A stretch of 64,000 bases of DNA from Pelomyxa schiedti. Its lineage: Eukaryota > Protista > Evosea. The stretch lies in assembly GCA_020536535.1 (NCBI GenBank), contig JAHLWZ010000571.1:14418-78417 (forward strand), written 5' to 3'. Both the position numbers and the translations under genes were made by a program. The notes under the pieces were generated by a model. The model did no database searches. It saw only the letters and a program-made list of their open reading frames with translations, and was not told the DNA's origin. The number at the start of each line of letters is the position of its first letter. Position 1 is the stretch's first letter. This document shows, one piece after another, positions 1 to 12,697 of this stretch.

Positions 1-987
1 GGCTGTACAAATCCATCATGCAAATACATGCACCCAAACCCCAAAAATAGAGATCATATTACTCAAATGGAGTCTATTATTCCAACACTTGGCACAACAT
101 ATACCCCAGAAGTGATTGAAAAGAAGGTAAAATTTTCATCTGTCTGTTTTTTTTGTAATGCATAGCCAGAAACGCAACTGCAAATTCGGAGTACTTTTGA
201 AGATGAAAAGCCAAAGTATCACCATTGCTACATTTTATTCCTAAAGAAACTGTTGTCTCAGGATGCGATCCGTTTGCGCAAAATCCAGCCAGTGGATGCT
301 CTGATCCAAACTGTCTTTTACAACATGTTACTTGCCAACTCCTCGCCAATCGTCCGGCAACACCACCATCACCAACAGCAACAGCCACCCCTGCAAAACC
401 GGCAGTACCACAGGCACCAATTCCCATGAGTATCGCTCCTGGAACGGCCAGTGATCTAGACTACGTACAACACCTCGTAGCAAGCCACTGCCCAGCAAAC
501 AACCAACTTAAAGTCACGGCTGTTCGCATCATCCAGGGGACTGTTCTATTTCAACGATACACAGCCCGCAAGAAGGCATTGCAAGCACAAGGAGGTACCT
601 TCTAACCTTTGTCCAGTCAATTAATTAACTGTGTTCAGATGTACATGAGATATGGGGATTCCACGGAACAGGGGATGATGCAATAACCGTACCTCCCCAT
701 CTTATTATCTCAACTCTCAAGACAAATTTCTAACATTATGAAAGGCAATTGCAACTACCGGCTTTTCCGTGGCACACCAAATACACAACGCCTATGGCAA
801 AGGAACCTACTTTGCCAACGACCCTACAGTAGCCCTGGGATACTGCAAAAGCAACCGCAACATCATTGTCACGAGGCTTCTCCTTGGAGGGAGTGCCAAT
901 GTAGACTACATATGGGCCAATTCAGTCAACTACTTCATCATTCCTGATCCCCAAGGATGCTTGCCTCTGTGGATCATGACCGTATGA
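1..987 (+). CDS. CCCH zinc finger + PARP catalytic domain protein (5'-truncated, multi-exon), probable mono-ART
   Basis: Fingers GCTNPSCKYMHP (1-35) and CDPFAQNPASGCSDPNCLLQH. PARP motifs across exons: LFQRY, EIWGFHGT (~645-670), NAYGKGTYFA, IIVTRLLLG, NYFIIPDPQGCLPLWIM*. The third triad position is Y/F rather than E. Confidence 0.8.
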
Positions 988-1173
988 AATCCGAATAAGG
1001 TCCAAAAACACCCAAGCACAGTCATTGTGTACAACCACCGGCGCCAATGTGACAACGTTTTTCCAAGACAAACTTTTTTCCCCAAGTAGTGATACGAGAA
1101 ACCAACTTGCTTCAAACCCCAACCAAAAAAACAAAAAAAAAAAACTGCCTGTAGTGTTGACAACCAAGCTACA

Positions 1174-3861
1174 ATGAGTACGATTGAAGCACACAGACAG
1201 CGCATCAATGATTTCGTTCCAGGGGCCAATGCTAATGATTTCCCTCATTGCGCCGAGGTTTTTGATTTCTTTTTGTTGTTGTTTTGCAAGACGGACAACA
1301 GTAAAAATTAAAACCCAACAGGCGTTTAGTGGCCAACCAGAACAGAAAAAACGTCTAAGAGTTGCTGTGGTGGGTAAGACTGGGACTGGGAAGACTTCGT
1401 TGGTCAACACAATTGTCCGAGTTCTTGCAGGTAGCTCACTTGTACATACTTGCACACTGCTGTTTCCACTCCGTCGTTTATTAATAACAAAAAATCAAAA
1501 GGAACTGGACCAGGGACTCAACCTCGGTGCCCTGTGCAGAACAGTGGTTCTGAAGGAACTGTGCTTATCGAAGATGTTCGCATCTCCAAGGGCATCACTT
1601 TGGTTGACACAAGGGGATTCTTCACTTTAAGTTCTGCTGAAGGAATGGCTTTTGTGAGAATTATCGAGGGAATGTACCAGCACGGTCACAAAGTGGAATG
1701 GGACCCTCAAGATGAATCTGTTGCAGATTATGTTAAAGCTAAACAAGTGATTGATGAACAGCGTCCTGCATTTAATAACGTAAGTTTGTGGTTTCATCAC
1801 CTCCTGTTTACCTCGACAAGGGAGAAGAAATTCCGTACGTGGATCGCGTACATGCAGTAATATGGGTGCTGAATGCAAGTGATCCGAGGCTGGCCAGCAA
1901 CCAATACGTCAAGCCACTGGAAATTCCTCGAAACTGGTGCCGGATGTTGGGAATAGCTCCAGTTGTTGTGATCACTCATGAGGACTCGATTACAACACCG
2001 CAACAACGAGATACTATCGCATCATGTGCTTCTTCTGCCTGCAGCTGTGCTCCTTCTGACATCTTTTTCATATCGAACTACACTGCTGTTCAGGCGCGCA
2101 CAAATAACAATACAGACCTCACAGTAATGCAAATACTAAATGCCACGATACATGCGGGACAGCGCTATATCAATTTGCATCCTCCTCCTCCCCCAGTAGT
2201 TCTCACTCTAGTGACCGTGACCGGGCCAGCACAGGAGAAACTAAAATTTAGAGTCCGACCCACTATGACTCTCAAAGAATTGAAAGTTAACATTGGCAGG
2301 CGGATCAAGGCAGATCCAACCACCTTTGCGCTTATGGAGCCTGATGTCTGTTCTCCATTTCTAAACTTGCTGATTTATTAGCTGTAGTTTGACGATGAAC
2401 TCGTGGATTCAGAGAAAGTTCTTAAATGGGGAACTGAATTTAGAGTGATGGAAGGGTTTACTTACTCCAGGACCCCCCAGTACTGGGGTGCAGATCCGTG
2501 GGGACCAACAGGTACAGAAATGCTATGCCTTCCTGAATTTTGCAGTAATTTTTTCAACAGGACACAGAGAAGTGGAGGTGGCTCAAGAATCGGATGAATT
2601 CAAGTTCATCAACTCATTGGTATACTCTTCTTACGAAAAGAACTCATCATCAAGTAACCCTGTTTCTATTTCACTATAATAAATAATTGCCATTAATTAA
2701 TACAACCTGCCTTTCCAACCCCATCATAGAAATTGGGTGCGTGAGGGGAAAATGGCCTGGTGGATTGAAAGTGAGAAGAGTGATACGTATTCAAGACAGA
2801 CTTCAGTGGGAATCATATACCAATTATAAAAAAATTCTGAGAGAAAGAGTGTCTGGAAATGCGGCAGCAAAGCCTTCATCCATTTATCTCAGTAACAAAC
2901 CAATGCAAACCCCACTCCTGGATCCATCAGTCAATGAATATCTTCTTTTCCATGGGTGCTCAAGTGAAGTTCTGTCACAACTAACGCGAGAGGGAGCAGA
3001 CTTCCGCGTGTCAAACGTCACAGGCATGTTTGGAGCAGGATTCTACCTCGCCGAAAATTCTTCCAAGTCGAACTGGTATATCCCCTGCTCCAGATGCCAC
3101 CTCCCCTGCCGCCGTGAAGAAGAACACCCAACAAACACAACAACCCCAACCCCAACACCAACACCAACACCAACACCAACAGCAACAGCAACACCAAAAA
3201 CAGGCTCCCCACCAACCACTTCACCTGCAACCAACCAAACACAGCAACAACAACCACCACCCCAGCCGGCAACAACTTCAACATCGACTTCTGCTGCCAC
3301 TTCCACCACTTCTTCCAGTGCCACTGATCCATCATCATCGTCCACCCCTTTTGAATACTTCGCCACAGCAAACCAAAACCAAGAAGCCGAGTTCGAAATG
3401 CACTCTCCCACCCATTATTGCCACTGCGCAGCCCCGGAAGCCGTGGAATGCAGCATGCTTATTTTCCGCGCGGCCCTCGGCGACGCTCACATCTGTGATG
3501 CGGTATGCCTCACACCCAAAATCCCGTCAACTCTCACTCTAACTAACATCCCATCCCACAATCGCAGTACACAGCGGCGAAATACCGCGGGACCATGGCG
3601 GACCCGGTGCGCAAGCCGCCCACCAACGACGCGACGGGGCTGTCGTACGACTCCGTGGTCGCGGAGAGGTGCGACCAGTGCGACGCGGCGAAGCAGGCCG
3701 CCGTGGCCCCAGAGAGGAACCCAAAGGCACGCGAGATTGTGCTGTACGCGAAGCACCAGGCGTACTCCGAGTACGTTGTAGTGTTCACCCGCAGCCCAGA
3801 CGCCCTGCCGCAGCCTCTCCCTGCCCAACCGTCTTTCCTCACCAGGCTCTCAACATTCTAG
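1174..3861 (+). CDS. IFI44-like P-loop GTPase + ubiquitin-like domain + tankyrase-like PARP catalytic domain (multi-exon)
   Basis: IFI44-like motifs VAVVGKTGTGKTSLVNT, LVDTRG, DRVHAVIWV, PVVVITHED, IFFISNY. Ubl-like segment FRVRPTMTLKELKVNI. PARP motifs NEYLLFHG, GMFGAGFYLAENSSKSNWY, AREIVLY give an H-Y-E triad. Confidence 0.8.
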
Positions 3862-4041
3862 CTGTGCCCAATGTCCATTCAGTACCTTGGTGCCCCTCAA
3901 AGAAGGTAACAATGGTTCCCCTTTGTAACTAAGCTTTGGCTTCTTGTTGCAACAGAATGATTTCTTGTAAAACAAACATCCAAGTTAGTCCTTCGCAAAA
4001 CCAACCAAAAACCAACAGCGGCGTAATTATCAAAAGAGCAA

Positions 4042-6438
4042 ATGAGGAGTACGAACGGCAGTACGCTAAAGCCACCGACGCCGTCGACGCGCCAAAGATC
4101 GGCGTCCTTCGACTCGCATTCCAAGCACGTGGGGTTGCCTCCCCCGTCTACGGGAGCAACGGCGGCGAGGAATTATGGGACGCCTCCATCGAGCGCAGTC
4201 CTTCCAAGCATAGCTCCCGGCTCCATTCGGCACTCACGTTCGCCGTCATCGATGACAGCTTCGACGAACACCACGGCCGCTCATCCTCCTCGACCTCAGC
4301 CTCAGCCTCAGCAGTATCAGTCTCAACAGTATCAATCATCTCAGTCGCCCCACTCCAAAGCGCCATCACCAACAACGAGCTCGGCAAAGTGTACCACTGC
4401 AGTGAGCAGCTCCGGCGGGGAGAATTATGGGAGGCAGCAGCCCTCGTCGTTTGAGTTCACGTCGCAGAGCCACCCGTCCCTGGTGCCGTGGCTGCGGCCG
4501 CGGGCTCCCATAATGGACCCGGCGGGCGGGTCGCTGTCCTGGCCCACCGCGTGGCACTTTGCCGTGTCGCGGAGGTTTTCCCGCGTTCCGCACGTGGCCG
4601 AGGTGTTTTCGATGATGCGCAGCGTGGATGACGTCACCACGCTCACCAAGGTGGTGGCCCATTTGGCCCCTGAGGTTTCTGGGGAGGATTTCAGGGAGTC
4701 TTTGTACCAAGGGATGGTGGCACAGGCAAATTCAGATGGCCTGATGAGAGATATTCTCTTAGAGACGCTCGGTGCAAGGGACATTATCTTCAAGGAAAGC
4801 CATGGAATTTGGGGAGTGGGAGAGGGAACCAATGAACTGGGAAAATTGGTCCTCAGGCTGAGGGACAAGTTCTACCCCAAGCGAAAGGCACTCCTGTGCA
4901 ATTTCGATAACACTGTAAACCTCCAGTCTGTCGTCGATCTACTTCGTGCAGGAGCAAGGCAATCTCACTTGTCAATTGACGCAGTCTGCCAGTATCTCCA
5001 TTTGTCAAGCTACAAGAGGTATATTATGAAATGAAGTTTATTCAACTTCTGAATCACTTTAGCATTCTTTCATCCGAGTTCTCGGGTGGCCCATATGACC
5101 TGGCAACTCTTTGTCTTAATGCTAATGAAACCAGGCTATCGATTAATGAGCCTGATAGCAGTGGGATTGGGTTTGGCCCGTTCTATCGCAAACTGCGAAG
5201 GTTGACAAATAATCAAGTGGCAGTGATTATTTCTGGGGACAGCACGCCAACACCTCCTGGCGCTGAGGTGCCACTTTCCCTGTGGGTATGGGAGAAAATA
5301 ATGTCTCAATTTCCCGGGACTGAAATAGCACAAGTTGATGGAAGACAAGGCATTGTGATGTCATGGGGATCGCAGTACCGGAGTGTGCATATTCACACAG
5401 TGGCTCAGTGGCTAGCTTTGCCAAGTGAGCCTGTGGCATCTTTCCAGCAGCTATTTGCAATGAGCATCAATGCCAAGCATCGAAGCAGCGTGCCAAGTGC
5501 TTCAAATGAGTCTCACATCACACAGCTGACAAGAGAAATCACAAGCTACATCGCTGGCAATACTACTATATCAACTGTAAATATTGCATTTATTGGCACG
5601 CATAGACTCTTCCTCTCAATGTTATATAGACTTATACCCATGTATTGATTTTTTCGCTATCAGAAGCCCCACAAACATTTGTACAGGTTCCCCACACAAT
5701 ATTCACGTTCCAATTTACCAAAAGATGTTGCAAGATTCCAACTTACGGAGGCAATTAGTCTGGTTACACTGGCAATGTGCCCAACCAATTTCCATGCTGC
5801 TGTAACAATAATGCCTTGCAAGGAGGCCGAAACCTCCAATTTGCAAAAATGGGCTAGTGCCAAGCGTATAATCAAAATATTGCTCTGTGAGCATGACAAT
5901 ACAGATATTCATTCACTCCCAGACACATTTCTGGTCAAACAAGTTCATTGGAATACAGAAAATTCATCTGCTGCAGTGATTTGCCTTTTGCGGGTACTGT
6001 ACCCTTTTTCAGCAAATCGACCATTACACTGATTTGTTTTCTAGGCCCTCCGAGCGGCACTCTTTCACGCCAAGAATTTTCTTCACCAACCCCAGAACCA
6101 ACAACACCCAGCATCACCACCCCAACAGCAGCAATCACCGCAAACCGTTACACAACAAGCAGCACAAACCATGGTACAACAACCCAAAATCCAAGTTGTA
6201 TATCAACAGCAAATCCACACAATCCCAATTCACTCATCAGACTCGATTCTCAAAGTGAAGGAATCCGTTTGTGCCAGGCTATCCTTGGACCCCTTGCAGT
6301 ATTACCTTGGTGACTCTGTGTGTACCTTCAGTCAAAAAAACCCAAACAATTTACATTCTCCAGAATGCTGCTGAGTTCTGTGGAGAGGACTCTGTGCAAT
6401 CAACAGGCACCAAAAACTTTATTTTGTATCAATACTAA
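4042..6438 (+). CDS. NADAR (YbiA-like) domain protein with C-terminal ubiquitin-like domain (multi-exon)
   Basis: WPTAWHF...MVAQANSDGLMRDILLETLGARDIIFKESHGIWGVGEGTNELGKLVLRLR matches the NADAR WG-G-G-N-LG signature. The C-terminal TIPIHSSDSILKVKESVCARL segment is Ubl-like. Confidence 0.7.
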
Positions 6439-6487
6439 ATGGATAGAACAACAAAATTTCCTTTTCTTTTAAAAAAGCTTTTGTGCT

Positions 6488-9400
6488 TCAAGAGACCTGG
6501 AAATTGAAGAACGACGCACAGTGACCCATGGAAGCCACAGTCACGAATTGCAATCCACTAATAGCGAACTTATCATGCAATGATACACTGAAGTGATTTG
6601 CACAGTTCTCCAGAGTCACAATGCCTTTGTGCCCATTGTATGTTATCCTGTAGCCAACGGGACCCTATCATTTGGTTATTGGTTAGTGCTGGGAAAAAAC
6701 AAGGGGAATTTTTCAGTGTACATACAGACATAAGAACATTCTGGAACATTTCAGAGAACGGTGCGTGAACAATGAGGGGTGATCCATGCGGAGACAGTCC
6801 CTTGCATACCCAAGATGACCTGTCTCTGCCAGTGAGCAAGCCAACTGTATAACAGGAGTTGGGTCCCATGTGGTTTTTGCTGGAATGGGTTTTCTCAGGG
6901 CTTTTGGTGATGCAAATTCTGAATGACATTACATTGGTTTTTGTGAGGTGATTATTGTGCTACCTGATATCGGACCCTACTGCTTCGAAGAAAATTGTTC
7001 CTTGCCCCTTATGTTTCATTCTAAGAGGTATCACAGTCTCCTTCTTTCCCTAGATTTCTGTTGGAAGAAACTTTGGGTATAAATTAGACAGACAGCGTAC
7101 CACAAGGGCAAATTCAAACCCAGTCCGTTGAACATGTGGTGTGACCACCGCCGAAGTCCGCTTTGGGAGCATGAACTTCATGGCCTCTGGAAGTACCTCT
7201 GCTTCAGTAGGCACAACCAAAATAGTTTCCCCTGGTCTGTCACGAAAGGCGTGGCGGAGACGAGTACTGACGGTGTGCCCAGGATCGCCAGCATCCAGCG
7301 CATCCAGGTCTTTTTGGCAGATAACAATTTTTTCCACATAGGAAAGTGGAACAGTACTGGGCAGGTGCCCCTCGACACAGATATGTGGGTCCTTTAAAAG
7401 TTGCACTGGGTTATTTTTGATGGTCTAGTATCTTGAAAGTACTTGGTGTGTATAGGAATGTTTAATCTGTTCAATACTATGTCCTTTAAAGCGTTCTTGA
7501 ATTGTTGCAGCAATAAGTTCATCCCATCCCTGAAGATGGTTAATTGATTTTCAATGCCTGGAGAAGATACATCAATAGCAGCAGTTGTTTTCGCTCTATG
7601 GTAGGTTTCTACCTCCCCCGGCTTTGGAGGATAGTCTATGTATCCCGTTGCTGCATCGACATTTAATTTCCGGTAGGTTTACAGGTAGGCTCATTTGAAA
7701 CCTGCATGTGGAGACATATTGAAATCTGGGTGATACATAATATCTTGAGAGAAAACAAGCACAATATTCCCATATCCATAGGGCCTACACAAGAAATTAG
7801 TAAAAATTGCAAAACACTTTAAACCTCAGTGTTGGCCCAACAACAGTGAAAACTTGATCATCTGTGCCCTGCTTCCATGAGCAATACTTATAAGTTGATT
7901 TTAAAAAAATACCAAAAGGGTATCTTTACAGTAGCCAATTCCCTGAGTCATGTTAGATGCAACAGTAGGATACAAATAAACCTTTGTTTGATGGGTTTTT
8001 ACGGTTTCTGCAACAGAGAGTACCATTTGTTTGAGTTGTGCACTCTAATAAATTTGAGAACAACAAACAAGGTAATCAAAAACTTACTGAATCACGTCCA
8101 ATTAGTGTGTCTACTTTCGATCTTGTCACCTTGGTATCCTTCTTACTCACGTGAATCCCTTTGAGAAGCACCGATTTCAGCAGTAACTTAGCCCATGAAC
8201 TCACTGGTTTATGGGTGTCAAATCCAGCTGCGTGTCTGGCTAAGAAATTTCTGATTGCGGCATGTTGGTACACCTAAGGGAGATTTTTATTTAGTTTGTG
8301 CTAATAGTAGCTCCTACCTCCTGTAAGGCAGCATAATATGGATTTTTCTGAAGGTATTCTTGGAATTTTAAGCTTACAACCACCCCATGTTTCACTATCA
8401 ATTTCATGACATCAGGCTTGCAACGGTGCATTGGTCTAAATTTCCGTACCCAGGAAAGAATTTTTGGATTGACAGTTACTCGGCCACCTTTCGCAAGGTA
8501 AGAATTTGTATTTACAAATTTCAGTAGCAATCCTTACCATTAGCTTGATTAAGGGAACTGAACATTGTCTCTTTATTCCCATAGAAGTCAATGCTCTTAT
8601 TCAACATTCGTATTTCACAGATAGGTATATTGGATGCGGGGTGGTCATACTCCATTCGATGGTGCACAGACTGAGGCATATGTATATTAAGACTACATAA
8701 TGGAATAACATACCTTATCAAGACAAAAGATGCCATATTTGCATTGCCTCCGCAAATCACGCATGTGTGGGTGAGAAAATTGTTGCATGTGAATTCCATC
8801 AGCCATTTTGGTGCAATGGGTACCAAATCTGCACTAGAAAAGGTTAAATAGGGCTTGGCACAGTGGTAACCCTTACCATCTCTCGTTCAGCATGTGTGAA
8901 TAAGTTACAGTGCCTTCCATCCCCAAGTTTGTTGCACTGGGCGCCATACCAGCAATGGTGACTGAACATGGTAGTATGATTGTCATCAGCAACCTGATGA
9001 TATTTGATTTTAGTTTAACTTGATCAGTTGCAAAACGTTAGACCTTGGTACAATTTGGCTGAAACGTGCATGGAGGTAGGAATGGGTGTCTAAAATTCCG
9101 AAGGTGCAATATAATTTCTGCAGGAGTCAAGGCTATATTCCCAGGAATGTAGGCGCATGTCTTTCCAAACTTGCAATCAGTTTGTGCATGGCGATACTCC
9201 CTGCAATGTGTTTCTCCAGTTTCTCGGCAGTCGGGGCCATATCGACATGGGGGTGGATGGGAGTATTTCTCAGCATGGGAAGGTGAATAAATAGTACAAG
9301 CCCCGGCATAGACACAAGGAGGAGGGTGTAAAAACTGTGAGCAATGGTGCGGATTGTTTATATCATCACATAGTCCTGCATATCTGCAAGCTGGGGGATG

Positions 9401-11161
9401 GCAAAAAGAAACCATATGCTCTCTGGGGATAGGAAATGAGAAGAGGTGGGCAAATTCAACACGCACTTGCTGTTTAGATTCCTGCAATTAGCACCAAAAT
9501 CACACATTTTCGGGTGTTCGAATTCTCTGCAGTGTGTTGGATCTGTCATTAGCTTGCACAAACCCCCAAATCGACATTGAACTGGGTGAAAACCCAGAAT
9601 ATTTATAGGGTTAATGACAAAGCTATTTAAGACAGGGCTTGTAGGCATTGCAACGTTACTGGCAATAAAGAGGTCTGGTGAACGTCTGGAGGCAACTAAA
9701 TAGGCTTGATTCAGTTGCAATTCAGGGATCTATGCAAGTTAGGCTCTATCAGTTAGAGTTTGGGTGAATCCTCACAATAGTCGGAGGGCACTGAAATACA
9801 TCACAAAAAACTTGAAGGTTCCCACCCTGAGGGGCATTAATGTCATCGTAAATGCCAAAGCATATTCTTTTGAAGTATTTTGCGTAGGCTCTGATTGCTT
9901 CACAAAAGAGCAAAGCAATATGGCGAGGTGGATTTCTTTAGGTGGCATTAGGACTGACAAAATAGAAGGAAGTAGTAAAACTTGAAGGCGCCGCATCCAA
10001 AACTACCAAGCACTAACTCAGTGAAGCCAGAAGCTGCAGCTATATGGAAAATCGAGCATATCTTGGCATAGGTTTCACTTGCTTCAGGCTCTGCAATAGT
10101 GCCTGGTGCACTAAGAGCAGGCCCTTTAATTGCCGCAACAGCAATGAAGTCCAGAAGAAGAGGTCTGTTTCCAGTCAGGTGAAAGAATATGATGGGAAGA
10201 AGAACGTGGCCAAGAATGGATATCCTAATCTTTCAGAACCCCTGAATACAACAACATTTTGGGATATGGTTGTTCCAGTGCTGGGGATCGGATACTGGAC
10301 TGATGGCGGAGGGGCACCAAAATCAGAATCAATAGCTAACCAGTAGTTGGATCTTCTCATCAAACTTTCTTCTTGTGCCCCTTTGATCTCTTAAGTGCAT
10401 GCCAATACAACATGAAAACTTACAGTGTCCCCGTTTGAAACCCCCTCCAGGGCTTGTGCTTGAGGCCATATTAAGAACCAGGGGCCTAGACCCAGGGTTA
10501 TCTAATATCATTTGGACAGCCACTTCAACTGAATCGGCGTTGAAAATCTGAACAACTAAAGTTCATTAAACCTTGATTAATCATAGTTCGAACTCAATAA
10601 ATACCGGGAGATACGCCTAAAGGTGGAGGGGGTAAGGGTGACAACTGCCAATTAGGGCACATTGCGGTATTTAACTAATTAACAAGTGAGAACAGGAGAA
10701 ATTGGAGAGTTTTACCGGCGAAGTGCAAGAACGAAGCGTAGCTTTATTCAATTGGATTAAAGTGGAGGGAGCAACAAAGTAGGATCCATTATTAACAGCG
10801 CTCATAGTCTGTAACATGATGGATACCAGCATACGATGGCAGGTATTCTTATCCCCAGAAGCTAAAGCAAAGAAATGAGAAATAAGACCTTCCCTCTTTA
10901 TGGCTTTCTACAAAAGGAAGGTCGGAATACCGCGAGCTTGGGCAGAATGAAACTGGAAATAGGGAAGCCAACACTCAGGTACATGTGGCATCCCCATTTG
11001 TACATAGGGGTGTTGCTTCTTGAACTTCCACACATTCAAGCAGTTGAAGTCTATCTCCTCATACCTTAAACGCTTCGATGTCAAAAACGAAAAACGAAAA
11101 AAACACAAAAGAACAAAGGTAAGCCATCGGCGCACCAGAGTTGCTCGGACGTTGGCTGCAT
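6488..11161 (-). CDS. Bacterial-type PARG macrodomain (TIGR02452/DUF2263-like) + array of ~8 PBZ-like zinc fingers + putative DarT/DUF3626-like ART-fold domain (multi-exon)
   Basis: Spliced LNMASSTSPGGGFKRGHWAQEESLMRRSN and LVLGSFGCGAF are PARG motifs. Repeats such as CRYGPDCRETGETHCREYRH fit the PBZ consensus (8895-9580). MHRC..LIVKHG..S, GTDDQVFTVVGP, YGNIVLVF and HICVEGHLPSTVPLSYVEKIVI lie at ~7300-8440. Confidence 0.75.
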
Positions 11162-11429
11162 GGTTTCTTGTTTAATTCAAGTTGTTTTTTTTTTGTTGTG
11201 CCGCCGTCGGACGCCGTGACAGTGGGGCTTTAAAACTTGTTCTGTTGTTGGCTGCACGCCCAACTTCGGGGGAACTTCCCTCCAAGTTGTTGTTTTCCGG
11301 TAAAACGAAACGCGTTGGTCCAGAAGCAGGAAAACACACAACAAAGAAACACACCACACCGACAAGGTGTTCAGCGTTTTATTATTGGCGAGGGGTCCAC
11401 GCCTCATCAAGTTTGTCTTCAAAACAAGC

Positions 11430-12697
11430 ATGTACGGCAACGTGTCTCCGCTATTTGGCGCCCCTGATCCTCGGTCCACCCCCAACACAAACATCACAAT
11501 AAGCAACACAATAAGCAACACAAACCAACAACTTTACACAACCCCACAAGTTCCATCGCAGCCACAGCAACAGCAGTCTCAATGGATGGCTCCTCTGCAA
11601 CAAGTCCCAGTGCTGCCACAACAACAGCAGCAGCAGCAACAAATACCATTGTTCCCACAACAGCAGCAATACCAACAACAACAGATGTATCCCCCAACCC
11701 AGCAATTGTCACAGATACAACCTTTGGGACTTCCGAACTCTCAACAACAGCAGCAGCAATGGGTCTGCACTGCTCAACAAATACCTGGCGGAACCTCTTT
11801 CCTGCCTCAAGTTTCGCAGCACAGTTACGCAGTACAGCCACAGCAGCCCCTTATTAGCACGGCCTTTCAGCAGCAGCAATATCCTGTACAACAATCACAG
11901 CAGCTTCTGTCCGGCCCCGTGTCTGTATCTCTGCCCCCTCAGGCTCAACAGCAGCAGCTTTCAAGTTTCACTGCTTGCTCTGCGTGTTCCAGTCACCAGT
12001 TGGATCCTTTGGCTCAGTTTACAAACTCACAAAGTGCAAACGCACACACAGGCACAAATACAAACACTTCTCCGCAATCTCAAGAGTATGATCCACAAGA
12101 CCACTTTCAGCACCGCCTAGACCCCAGTACTACAAGGTTTTTATAACTCACCATTTCTGAAAAACTGGCTTACTATGTATCACAGAGGAGTTGCTACACA
12201 AACCGCTGCCCCAACTCCAACCCCTCTAAGTACTGGAAAGTCTGTATATGCAAGCCAGAGCTCTTCTAATATTCTTCCGAGAGATATCTCTGAGTGTGCA
12301 TTTTTTTTACGTGAAGCTTTACCTCCTAATAGTACTCAACAGCTTGATAAATCACAAAGCTAGTTTTAAATTGCTCAATTTCTCATCCCGTAAGTCGGCC
12401 ACACGCCATCCACACCAAGATTATGTGCTTCTGTCCAAGACAGGAATCAAAAATGTGTTTATGAACAAGGTTTTCATCCTTTTTCTCTTGTACCAAACTG
12501 ACCCAACTACAAAGGAAAACAGACAATTCCTCCAGTCACACGTGAAAGGTGGCAAGTTACCAGAGACAATCACTGGAACCATTAAAAATATTCACATGAC
12601 AAACGCAAACCCAAGTAATAGATATGGCTTGTTGGCAGGCACACCCATGTATATAGCCGAAGTCCACATTGATGTCCATTCACACAGCCACCACTAG
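11430..12697 (+). CDS. Q/P-rich protein with C-terminal ATG11/FIP200 Claw-like domain
   Basis: Poly-Q N-terminus. The C-terminal HQDYVLLS..NVFMNKEN..TITGTIKNIH..NRYGLLAGTPMYIAEV resembles the FIP200 Claw pattern HDNYVLF..YFLHSES..WVLGKV..NRFKVPLGTKFYRV. Confidence 0.6.

Noticed and set aside
3018-3730. Multiple overlapping or antisense ORFs (also at 23.8-24.5, 31.0-31.8 and 46.1-47.1 kb)
   Set aside because: Shadow ORFs of GC-rich or low-complexity coding sequence.
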